A stretch of DNA of 64,000 bases from the IMG/VR virus record IMGVR_UViG_3300042898_002514; one strand, 5' to 3'. This DNA comes from a virus. The translations under genes were made by a program, and so were the position numbers. Below, piece by piece: positions 44,201 to 53,100 of the stretch; position 1 is the stretch's first letter, and the number at the start of each line of letters is the position of its first letter. The notes beneath the pieces were generated by a model. The model was not told the origin of the DNA. It did not search any database and was given only the letters and a program-made list of their open reading frames with translations.

Positions 44201-45675
44201 CACCTACAGGTGAAGTTACTTTTGATATATTGTTAGGTGATAGTACTACCAACATCATAAGAACCACTATCAGTGATGGTGTCATTGACGATGCCAATAT
44301 CATGTCCACTGCGGCCATTGATCAGGCCAAGTTGAGTTTGAATGATGCTTATGCTACTATATCAGCCAGTATTACCAATGTGACTGCAACTGGTAGCGGC
44401 AGTACAGCTACTATAACATTCCCTGTAGCACAGTCCAGTGCTCCGTTTACAGCGGGACAAAAAATTGTAGTTACAGGATTGTCTGTGAGTGGATACAACG
44501 GAACTTATACCGTTGCAACCTGCAACACCACTGTTGTTACCTATAGTAATACAACTACAGGATCAGCTATCAGTGGAACTGTAGCAGCTCTACGAGGTAT
44601 ATCAAGTTTTGACAGTGCTCAATTTACACTAACCAACGGTTGGGCTACAATCAAAGACAACGGTCTAGCATTGACCAAATTAGCACAGGTGGGAGCAGAT
44701 AGACTATTGGGCAACAGTACAGCTTCAACAGCCGATGTTGCTGAAGTGAGCTTTGCCACAGTGGTTGATGAAGGCCTGGCTTTGAGACTGTCGGACTATG
44801 GCAGCGCCACAAGTACTGGTTATCTACGACACACAGGCGGCGATGGCACTGTTCGTGCAAGTTGGGCATACAGCATTGTTGACGAAGCTTCTGCTGCCAC
44901 TGTGAGCACTTTGGTTAAACGTGATAGCAACGGAGATTTTGCTGCACGTAATGTAGATCTTGCTCAGCTTAAAATTGACAGCATATTATCCATTGACAGC
45001 AGCGCCAGCGGCACTGGTGGATTTCTTCAGTATTATGGTTATCTAGGACAAGTGGGTATTTACATAGGTGATGGTACAGTACCAGCTAGCGATAAGAAAA
45101 CTTACTACAACAACACACAGCACGTATTCCGCAGTCAAGACAGTGCCACAACATTTGCCACTCTCGACTCTACTGGTATTAGTGTAGCAGCATTAAAAAG
45201 TTGTACCAGTATCAGCACAGGCGCTGTGACAACACCTGGAACTATAGAGGGCTATTGGTCATTGAGTGGTAGCAGTAGATTCCAAGCTACCTATGCTGCT
45301 GACCTAGCAGAATACTACGAAGGTGACAAGGAGTATGCTGTGGGCACTGTGTTGATATTTGGTGGAGACAAAGAAGTTACAATAGCAAATCGACAAGGTG
45401 ATCATAGAGTGGCTGGTGTAGTAAGCGATAATGCTGCCTATTCCATGAATGGTGATTGTCCGGGCTTTAAAAATCAAGTGGCTCTACAGGGTAGAGTTCC
45501 TTGTCGAGTAGTTGGAAAAATTGAGAAGGGAGACCTGCTGATTGCCAGCAACATTGCAGGCTGTGCTGTAAGTGCAGGCGGTGATGCTAGAACAGGCACA
45601 GTGATTGGCAAAGCACTAGAAAACTACAATTCAGATCATATTGGCACTATTGAAGTGGCCGTGGGAAGAAACTAA
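38254..45675 (+). CDS. giant baseplate/tail structural protein with C-terminal autoprocessing (peptidase G2-like) chaperone domain
   Basis: T4 gp9/gp10-like N-term (INIG..NDGTGDS.R..F..VN.NF.ELY); C-term ADLAEYY...VALQGRVPCRVVG. Confidence 0.85.
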   Translation: MARKIINIGAIGNDGTGDSIRDSFRSVNDNFRELYSSLGLGEKLTFIGLDDTPESFPNDYENALVVINDTTDGVVFKKLEAGVGVQIDFDTSQNSIVVNSLFSDISGDPNPNLGGPVNAQSGGVRYPIGNLPDIGSFSELTDSIGRINTIHGSTATETNRLAANKGYVDSKISLQGIDAVDPATNTTNTAFGTMTGPLILSRDPVDDDDVAYNGLIAATKRYVDSSGYSSTVNLYVSTAGLDDRPGVGLDRQGRSLAYAYKTLEAALKRAEELVLEAPLEIGPYKKVLTWNNGDEPCTLVEIDDTSATAGTGFSPAFIFMNVDTVEIVSGGLNYLPGDILTVATGTGTAARYQVLSVSPGGSGGRGPVTAIRQITGGNYSVLPAPVAPAATTCPGSSVGVRTGCTLNLTFKVARVQVNSGGRGTGYGLVSVRFVGGGGGGAFGVADVSAVDGGINSISITNGGTGFTSQPSILVSLPRFRLFTSGYRTDFTGNPALSTVAANAAKDIREGLYLRGETSGALAQILAHDGTLDTSGNEEFDVDVVSGEFVVGEVISFGDVTKRIQISVFVETGIYLENLPLRVPQNVAVIGDEFRRTIIRPQIGFDSSSPWAFLNFRRDPVVDGLTVANELYGYHYLADSTQPVYPLINNKGNYTSAARLITLNRKFIQDQVIGWINNQILTNTAPFTSAFDYNEDICYRDVGLIIDSMVFDLKWSGQNRTISAALKYKGPAVPGSNPALAIGAQLSQTVAGIQRINTLAQDIIDNVSIAALYTLSGTVATTATVPTLQTLDEGLVAEVGSDTVITLLTNAIVDVISNSGTVNYPKDNGDMDMFLCNDAVILRAMTFQGQGGFAMVLDPEGQILAKSPYCQESASFSRSINAKAFSGGMFVDGFTGNQKFVIDSKDSNIFLRVSGLLRPPNTPCSFIVSGEIYRINYIRGYTFGTGAATATTGGFSTAQFILDELTPYTPAAGSRACTFSTPNITTASVHELQPGAIVKFSSTGTLPTGIAANQEYYVLLAGFTLTQFRVAAVAGSTTAVTFVGAGSGTHSFIRVFEVLMPGNRSMLSNDFTQVCDLGYGLITTNGGLAEAVSMFTYYCQISYYSLNGGQIRSVGGSSAHGNFALVAEASDPLEVPTPTGFYTDLAQTATVYAASVDTLNEKGENILYVTYDDFFPLPNSELEINHGGQIVRYVVTTAQISDVATKRAKLNISTGGGLLAAVPHGQRVTIRNNSFHVLHGDIVEVATRPSTALILNDSNFVYRQLEFTDYDSTYDLETYTITGINYGTGVITTDINHRQRAGYQVRFVKPPGAVLPNEITAGVTVDDGVIYYVKTAPTPTTFTISATETGSGITTFTGSAVSGSPTMVPYGLALAQGRENYDYIEITVYEPGVETGAANTVTSISTAANTFTKNSHGLTAGQPVRFSASVLPGGLTANTVYFVTTSGLTANDFSVSTRALVDSTFIGVPTSLAFSVGPSLGTSTGAGPYFTTISNIICLENLILGSSLVAKPNITGVSAVGDGVTCTLTFTAQNVPPYLPFQLITVSAFAVGGVPFNGAQTVVTCTNTTVTFASATIATDSGGVIATGGTGALGADSVIYSVSAATNSIVVQSSTAATTGTIAFQLEGSVLDITTTGTAVTYKLIQGERGDATFGIGNLGGSDGDRLLTGIAAGTFYRFVHEGQEYEITNYQDSLTTGQDYALLTVSPALTRSVVRFNDTPTLKGSVPGPSALSDGTLTIRISLTRVTSHDLLEIGTGGYADTNYPSEIYGPAVNSIISVPTYATQADTETGELVLRAQMQERGSGRTFFVTTDQFGNFNVGPFFRVDQGTGTVTFSASIALSQLDGLGFKRGTTISEFSTAMDEGRVDAVPTESAVRTYIGRRLGLDFNGNIVALGDRVPNNVGFMALSGDLAWVGPADMDMNSYKIENLGVPTLASDAARLDSITITNLKDTDGTSLFNFSQSQAGQLLALDGTGNTIINVTPTGEVTFDILLGDSTTNIIRTTISDGVIDDANIMSTAAIDQAKLSLNDAYATISASITNVTATGSGSTATITFPVAQSSAPFTAGQKIVVTGLSVSGYNGTYTVATCNTTVVTYSNTTTGSAISGTVAALRGISSFDSAQFTLTNGWATIKDNGLALTKLAQVGADRLLGNSTASTADVAEVSFATVVDEGLALRLSDYGSATSTGYLRHTGGDGTVRASWAYSIVDEASAATVSTLVKRDSNGDFAARNVDLAQLKIDSILSIDSSASGTGGFLQYYGYLGQVGIYIGDGTVPASDKKTYYNNTQHVFRSQDSATTFATLDSTGISVAALKSCTSISTGAVTTPGTIEGYWSLSGSSRFQATYAADLAEYYEGDKEYAVGTVLIFGGDKEVTIANRQGDHRVAGVVSDNAAYSMNGDCPGFKNQVALQGRVPCRVVGKIEKGDLLIASNIAGCAVSAGGDARTGTVIGKALENYNSDHIGTIEVAVGRN

Positions 45676-47186
45676 TGGCACAACAAACACTAAACGCAGG
45701 CAGTCCTCCAATAGTATGGAGCACAGTAGAAGATGCATTTACAAAAATAAATGCCAACTTTGACGAACTGTATGGTAGCATAGGAGGTCCGGGAGGAGTA
45801 TTAGACTTTACCAGTCTCAGCACTGATATTAAACCCAGTGCCAGCGAAGTCTACGATCTTGGTAGTCCAACAGCTCGGTGGAGAGATCTTTATCTAGCTG
45901 GATCAAGTTTATATCTAGGCTCGGCACAGATAACCGCTGACGGAGCTGGTGTTGTGAATTTGCCGGCTGGCACTACTGTTGCAGGAGAGTTAATTAGAAA
46001 TCCTGCAGAAACCAATTTCAAAACAATTACAGTTAGTGGTCAATCAAATATTGTTGCAGATAGTTTTGAAGACACATTGACTGTAGCAGCAGGCAATGCT
46101 GGTATAACATTGACCACAAATGCCGGCACTGACACATTAACCATTGCCAACAGCGGTGTTACAGACCTCACAGGAACTGCGGGGCAGATTGCAGTGAGTG
46201 CTGCAACGGGTAGTATAACACTAACCAATTTGGGAGTCACTAGTCTAACTGGCACAGCAGGTGGCATCGGAGTAAGTGCTGCAACTGGCGGTATAACATT
46301 GACCAATCTCGGTGTCAAGCAGATCGTAGGAACTGCCAGTCAGATTGGTGTAACTGGTGATGGCACTGGAATAGTAACCATTACCAATTTGGCTCCTGCA
46401 AGTCCAACATTTAGATTTATTGTTGTAGACGGTGCTACTCTGCAGCCAGTGGCAGCTGACAATATTTCAGATACATTGAATTTGATATCTGGTCCTGGTT
46501 TAACAATTACCAAAGACACTGCCACAGATACACTGACATTTAGTGTAAACAGCAATTTAGATATCAGAGGTTCGGTGTTTGCAGATGACTCCACCATGTT
46601 GGTAGATGCTACCAATGGCGTACTGAGAGGCACGTTGATCGGTACCGTGGTCGGTGACTTAAAAGGATCTATATTTGGCGACGACTCAACAAAGATTGTT
46701 GATGCTGTGGAGAACAAAGTATACGCAGAATTTTTTGGCAACTTAACTGGTAATGTAACTGGTAATTCTAGCTCGGCAACAGTTTCAACTACATTAGATA
46801 TTACAGATACCAACGGACTGACAACTGTTTATTATCCTACGTTTGTTGAGAATAGAACTACTGGTCAAACTGTTAGAGCAGATATTGATCTATCATACAG
46901 AACAGATACCAATACACTAACAGTACCAAACATTGCTGGTAACTTAACTGGGTCAGTTACCGGTAATATTTTTACATCATTGATTGATTCATCAGATTCA
47001 TCAGCAATTACTGTAACTCCTGCAACAATATTCAGTTCGGATGTAACTGTAGAAAATGATCTAGACGTTACACAACGATTAAGAGTTCAAGGCAGCAGGG
47101 TTATTAATATAACAGAATTACAAGCCATTGTGGCGGTCAGCATAGACTTTACTGACTTCCAAACAAGAATAGCTGGTTTGGTATAA
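45675..47186 (+). CDS. tail/baseplate fibre protein
   Basis: AFTKINANFDELY N-term; YDLGSPTARWRDLY; GVTSLTG repeats. Confidence 0.8.
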   Translation: MAQQTLNAGSPPIVWSTVEDAFTKINANFDELYGSIGGPGGVLDFTSLSTDIKPSASEVYDLGSPTARWRDLYLAGSSLYLGSAQITADGAGVVNLPAGTTVAGELIRNPAETNFKTITVSGQSNIVADSFEDTLTVAAGNAGITLTTNAGTDTLTIANSGVTDLTGTAGQIAVSAATGSITLTNLGVTSLTGTAGGIGVSAATGGITLTNLGVKQIVGTASQIGVTGDGTGIVTITNLAPASPTFRFIVVDGATLQPVAADNISDTLNLISGPGLTITKDTATDTLTFSVNSNLDIRGSVFADDSTMLVDATNGVLRGTLIGTVVGDLKGSIFGDDSTKIVDAVENKVYAEFFGNLTGNVTGNSSSATVSTTLDITDTNGLTTVYYPTFVENRTTGQTVRADIDLSYRTDTNTLTVPNIAGNLTGSVTGNIFTSLIDSSDSSAITVTPATIFSSDVTVENDLDVTQRLRVQGSRVINITELQAIVAVSIDFTDFQTRIAGLV

Positions 47187-47198
47187 TTGGAGCGATAA

Positions 47199-50100
47199 AT
47201 GGCAAAACAGAATATTAATGTAGGCACCACAGCCAACGACAAGAAAGGCGATAGCCTACGAGCTGCGTTTCAAAAAGTAAATGCTAACTTCACAGAACTT
47301 TACACAGCACTGGGAATAAATGCAGATGTCAATTTAAATATTGGCGCATTTGAATTCACTGGTAGCACCCTGAGTACCACAGACAGCACACCCGTTGTAA
47401 TTGATCAAGCAACCACCATAACCAGTAACTTAACAGTTGGCGGAGATATGTTGCCTAGTGTGGCCAATGGTGGCGATCTAGGTAGTTCAACATTGCCTTG
47501 GCGCAGTCTGTATGTCAGCAATAACACAATTTTCCTAGGTGGCACAGCATTATCTGTAGATAGTCAAGGTAATCTATTAGTGGGAGGGCAGTTTATAGCA
47601 GATGTTGGCACAGCAGCCTGGAACAGTATCACAGGCAAGCCCACATTCGCTACAGTGGCTACTACAGGTGCCTATGCTGACCTAACTGGCAAGCCAACTA
47701 TACCAACCAGCTTTGACAGCTTAGTCAACGGTGCTAACACAGTTAGTCTTGGCTCAGATGGTAAACTAACACTACCAAACGGTTCTACCATAGGAGATGC
47801 TGATACTTCCGCTGGTGTCCCAATAACCACAGCCCGTGGCACAATATTGTTGGGCAACCTAGCAGAGTGTGCAGGCGGGGAAAGTCATTTCCACATAATG
47901 AAAGGCGGCCAGCAGGCCATTGATTTGTTCTTGGGTGATGACAGCAACTATGTAAAACTGCCAAGCACTGGTGGGGTTGAAATAGCCACACAAAATTTCA
48001 ATCAATATTCTTGGATCTTTAGCACAGATGGTAATTTAACTATCCCAGGTGATATCCGCAGTGAAGGCAATATCAATATTGACATCAACCTGTCAGACTC
48101 AACTCTGCACCGTTGGCAGTTCGGAGAAGATGGTGAGTTGACATTCCCTAACGGTGGTCAAATATCAAATTATCCAGGCGGCGTAGGTGTCAGCAACGAC
48201 AGTTGGTTTGTGACACCCGACAACGGTACCGGCGGTATTTCCAGCCAAGACGGTCAGCAATATATACAGATAAACGATAATTTGCATGTTGAAATCGGCA
48301 CAAGTTACGGCACAGAAAATGAATCTATTTGGCAATTTGGCCTTGATGGCAATCTAACACTGCCAGTAGGTGGAGACATTTTAGACAGCACAGGCACAAG
48401 TGTGTTAGGCGTTGGTGGCACAGGCGATAGTCTAACCAGTAACAATGACATCAACATCACAGTCAACAGTGAAGACAGCAGTAGCTATACTTGGAACTTT
48501 GGACAGACAGGTGATTTAACCGCTCCTGGCGACATTGTTGTCGGCGGCGTCGATGGCGGACACATTTACATAGACAGTACCGAAGGTGCCAATACCAGTG
48601 TGCGTTGGATCAATATGCCTGTAAATGAAGACGCTAGTATCATTAGAGCCTACACTGGCAATCCCGATGAGGAAACAGGTCTAAATCGAGGTCGAATTCA
48701 ACTAGCGTGGCAAGACAGTGATCGTAGCGGTCTAAGAATTATATCATATGATCGCACTGATTCAGAAGATACAGTTGAACACGAATGGACCTTCCAAGGC
48801 GACGGCGGATTACAATTCCCAGATGGTACTACACAGACCACAGCCTACACTGGCGGTGGCGGTAATGCCAACACTGGAGACTTTACATTTAGCGAAGACA
48901 CTATCACAAACGGTGACGGACTGATACTGTCCACCAATAGAGGCACATTGGCCATGGGTACTGACATGGAAGTGCCAGGTGTAGCACAACACTTCCATAT
49001 TGCCTTTGACGGTAGTAACAGTAATCCACCCGCCAGTGACCTGTTCCTAGGTGATGACCACAACTATGTTAAATTGCCTGGATATGAACTCAACCCAACT
49101 GCTCAATTTGGTGTGGAGATTGGCACAGATAATAGAAACCTTGGCCCACAGAATATTGAAGTTGGTACGGTAGATGAACTTGTGCCACCGGGTGGCGTGT
49201 GGCGGGTGTTTATTGACCACGAGACCTATCCTAACTTGGGCTCCGCTGTCAGCGTAGGTGATACAGTGACCACATCATGGGGAACACCCATAACTGCCAC
49301 AATCACAGACGTCGTTGAAGAACCTGGTAATTGGTGGAAAATTCATGTTGCTCAAGATATTACCGCTGGATTTCTTGATGAGGGTGAAACAGTTTCATTT
49401 GGTGCTTCAGGAGACAGTCATGTTTGGCGTTTTGGCACAGATGGTGATTTAACTATTCCAGGTGATATTAAGAGCGAAAACGACATCAACATCACAGTCA
49501 ACAGTGAAGATAGCAGTAGCTATACTTGGAACTTTGGACAGACTGGTATACTAACAGCACCAGATGATATTGTCACTGGTACAAATGGTGGTAGATTTGT
49601 ACAAGACTGTGCCGATGGCACAACTTCAATGCGTTGGATCAATGTAGAGGTTGACGAAGATAGCACACAACTTATTCGAGCCTACAGTGGTGAAGGTGAC
49701 AGTGACGAACGAGCACAGATTAAACTAAACTGGCAGGATGAAGATCGCAGTGGCCTAACCATTAGATCATTTGATCGCACAGATACAGAAGATACTGTTA
49801 GCCATGATTGGAAATTTCAGGGCGACGGTAGCATAGAATTCCCAGACGGCAGTATACAGACCACAGCCTACACTGGACAGAATAGTGGCGCAATAGGTAC
49901 TTTTTTTGTCGTAGTCAACGAAGACGGCACAGTCAGCAAATCCACAGACGGTGTCACTTGGACCACGGCAGTTGATCTAGTTCAAGGCATTGGTCGTGTG
50001 GCCACCAACGGTGTCACAGTGGCCATGATTCAAAGCGATCAACTGAGTTGGACCACATTCGCTGGGCTGGAAGCATCAACATACGTAAGCGGCAGCAGTG

Positions 50101-53100
50101 GCACTGCCGATGAAATCGGTGGTCAAGATATTGACTGGAATCAAATTGACTACGCCGGCGGATACTTTGTGGCAGTAGGTAGTTATACTCCAACCGGATC
50201 AAGTTTTACACAAGGTGTATACGGCTATAGTACAGATGGTAGAATTTGGGCTTTTCTAACTGTTGATCAAACAGTGGTAGAGTTTTTTGGTAACGATCCT
50301 GTGGACAGCGATTGGGAGTTTTCAGACGTAGACTACAATGGAGTGGGTTGGATGTTCAGCGTCGGCGACAACGAAAGCGGTGATGCCAACGGCGGTGGCG
50401 TATACATCACTGACCTAACAGCCACAGTGACTTCTGCTAGATGTTTTAGTATGAACATAACTTACCGGGCAGCATGGAATGGCTCAGCGTGGTACATGGA
50501 AGGTGAAGACAGTATAGCCGGTGTCAACACCAACCTCGATCCACGCAACGGCACATTCGCCGGGCCAATTGATCCATGGGCTACTGATATTCAAGATCTT
50601 GGCATTGACGCGGGTGACACTGTTGAAACAGCAGGCGGTAATGGATACCTTGCGGCAGGAGACGGTGACGGACACGTGGCGTGGAGTGATGACAACGGGC
50701 AAACCTGGCAGATTGTCACGCCGATACCATACACTCGTACTATTTCAGCAATTACACAAGCCAGCCCACCACAGGTAACATTCAGTGGCAGTGGGAATAA
50801 TGGAACCTCGGGCGAGAAAGTCGTTATCAGCGGTTCGTCAGTCTCAGGCTATAACGGCACGTTTTACTGGAAGTCCGCCGATAATTCTTTATACACAGAC
50901 CAAATATTAGACACACCATTTGACACCAGTGGACTAGCACCGTTCACTGGCACAGCAACACTGACTTGGAGTAACGGAACATACATTGACGCCATGGACT
51001 ACATCAATGGTTATTTCTACATTGGCAATGACGATGAACAAATTGCTCGTACCACCGACTTTGTATCTTGGACCATTTTAGACGATCAAAGCAGTAGCGA
51101 ATTTGACTATTGGAATGACATTGCTGGCTTTGTGGGAACAGGTGGCGACATTGGCGACATTGTGGTTGAAGTGGAAGAAGGTACCACAACACTGACCTTG
51201 GCCAACAAAGATTTTACTCTTGAAACCACCAGAACAGGTACTCAAGATGCTGACATAAATCTTACTGCCGCAGACGATATTTGGATTGAAGCCAATGGTA
51301 ATGATATTTCTCTTTCAGCGGCAGATCAAGTTAGAATTAACACAGGCTGGTCCACCAATGACGACCCAGAAGAGTATCCTACTTGGACGTTTGACAATGT
51401 TGGTGATTTAACTATTCCAGGAAACATCAAGAGCGAAGGCAACATCAACCTTGACATTAACTTGAGTGACTCTACTCTAAGACGCTGGACATTTGGGGAA
51501 GATGGCAATCTAAATCTACCAACTGGCGGTGACATTCTTGACAGCGAAGGTAACTCAGTATTGGGTGGTGCTACAGGTGATGCCAATGTTTGGGTGCAGA
51601 CATTTGAAACGCAAAACGGTGCTCCAACAGACATTGTGTCACTAGCAATCAGCGTGGAATACGATTCAGCGGGCAATGTGATTGCCTTGTTCAATCATTT
51701 CAACGACGATGGTGGTGGTAGTAGTTATTATTCCGTGGGCAAGTACACCACAACTGGCGCCAAGATATGGACAGCAAGATTTGACGATGAATTTTACACA
51801 GACGGTTGGGGGCTGGCAGTGGACAACGACAGCAACTCGATATATGTAGCAGGCGAGACAGATGTTGAAGGACAGGACAATGCCACTTTGACCAAAATTG
51901 ACAGCACTGATGGCAGTGTACTATGGAGCAAGATCTATGACTTTGGATTCAGTAGTCAAAGTTCAGTAGTGGATGTGGCTTCAGACGGTGACCCGGTTAT
52001 GGTTGGATATGCCTACAACGGCACAGATGACTATGTTGCCACTACCAAGGTAGATGCCGCAGACGGCTCAGTCATATGGTCAAGAGCACTGGACGGTCAG
52101 GCCGACGAAGAAGCCTACGGTATGGCAGTGGGTCCTACAGGTGAAGTGGTGGCCATTGGTTACATGGAGCAGTTGGGTATTCTTGATGCCGCCGAAACAC
52201 TATACGCAGATCCAGTAAGCAACGCTAACTGGACAATAAATCAAACAGGAGTGTTAGCCGGCGCACTAGGGTTTGATGTTAGTTTTGCGGCAGGTGTTCC
52301 AACATTTGCCAACATTAGTGACACAGCAGGCGGCAGAACAGTGGATGACACAGTTGCTACTATCCTTGGCTCTATACTTGGCGGTGCTGATGGTGTAGAC
52401 GATATGGTAGTCAAAGTAGCCACACTGGCCGCTAATAATACAGACAATCACATGCTTGTGGTCAAATACAACAGCGCAGGATCTATACAGTGGCAAAAGG
52501 CCATACTGTTTGATGAGGGTTTTGATTGCCGTGGAGCAGATGCTGACATCGACAGTGCGGGTAACATCTATGTAACTGGCAGTTATGAATATAGTTTTGA
52601 AAGCTACACAACCAGTGCCCTAAGCATACTGAAACTGGACGGCACGGGTGCTAAACAGTGGAGCAGAAGAGTAACAGGTGACTGTGATACATTTGGCGTC
52701 AGCGTGGTAGTTGGTGCTGATGACAAACTGTACTTGTCAGCCATGACTGGCAACGATGCCAATAGTGAGTACACTTGGGTCGCGGCCAAGTATGGCATTG
52801 ACGGTACTGTAGAATGGCAAAGACTCATAGACAATACCACAGGTTGGTCATTTGCCGGTAACATCTTTGGCGCCGACGGCGGTGGTAGTAACATAGCAGT
52901 CAAAGACGGGTATGTGCTACTTGGCGGCGGTTTTGGTAATTTACCAGAAGATTTTCCTCAAGCCACAGTGGTTCAGGTCTCGGCTGCTGGAGATGTATTC
53001 ACTGTTGGCGACTGGGATTTCAAAGCAGCCTCATTCAGCGGAGTGTTGTCTGCTGATGCCAGCGATATCACAGTGGTCAACGCAGGCAAGACCGACACAG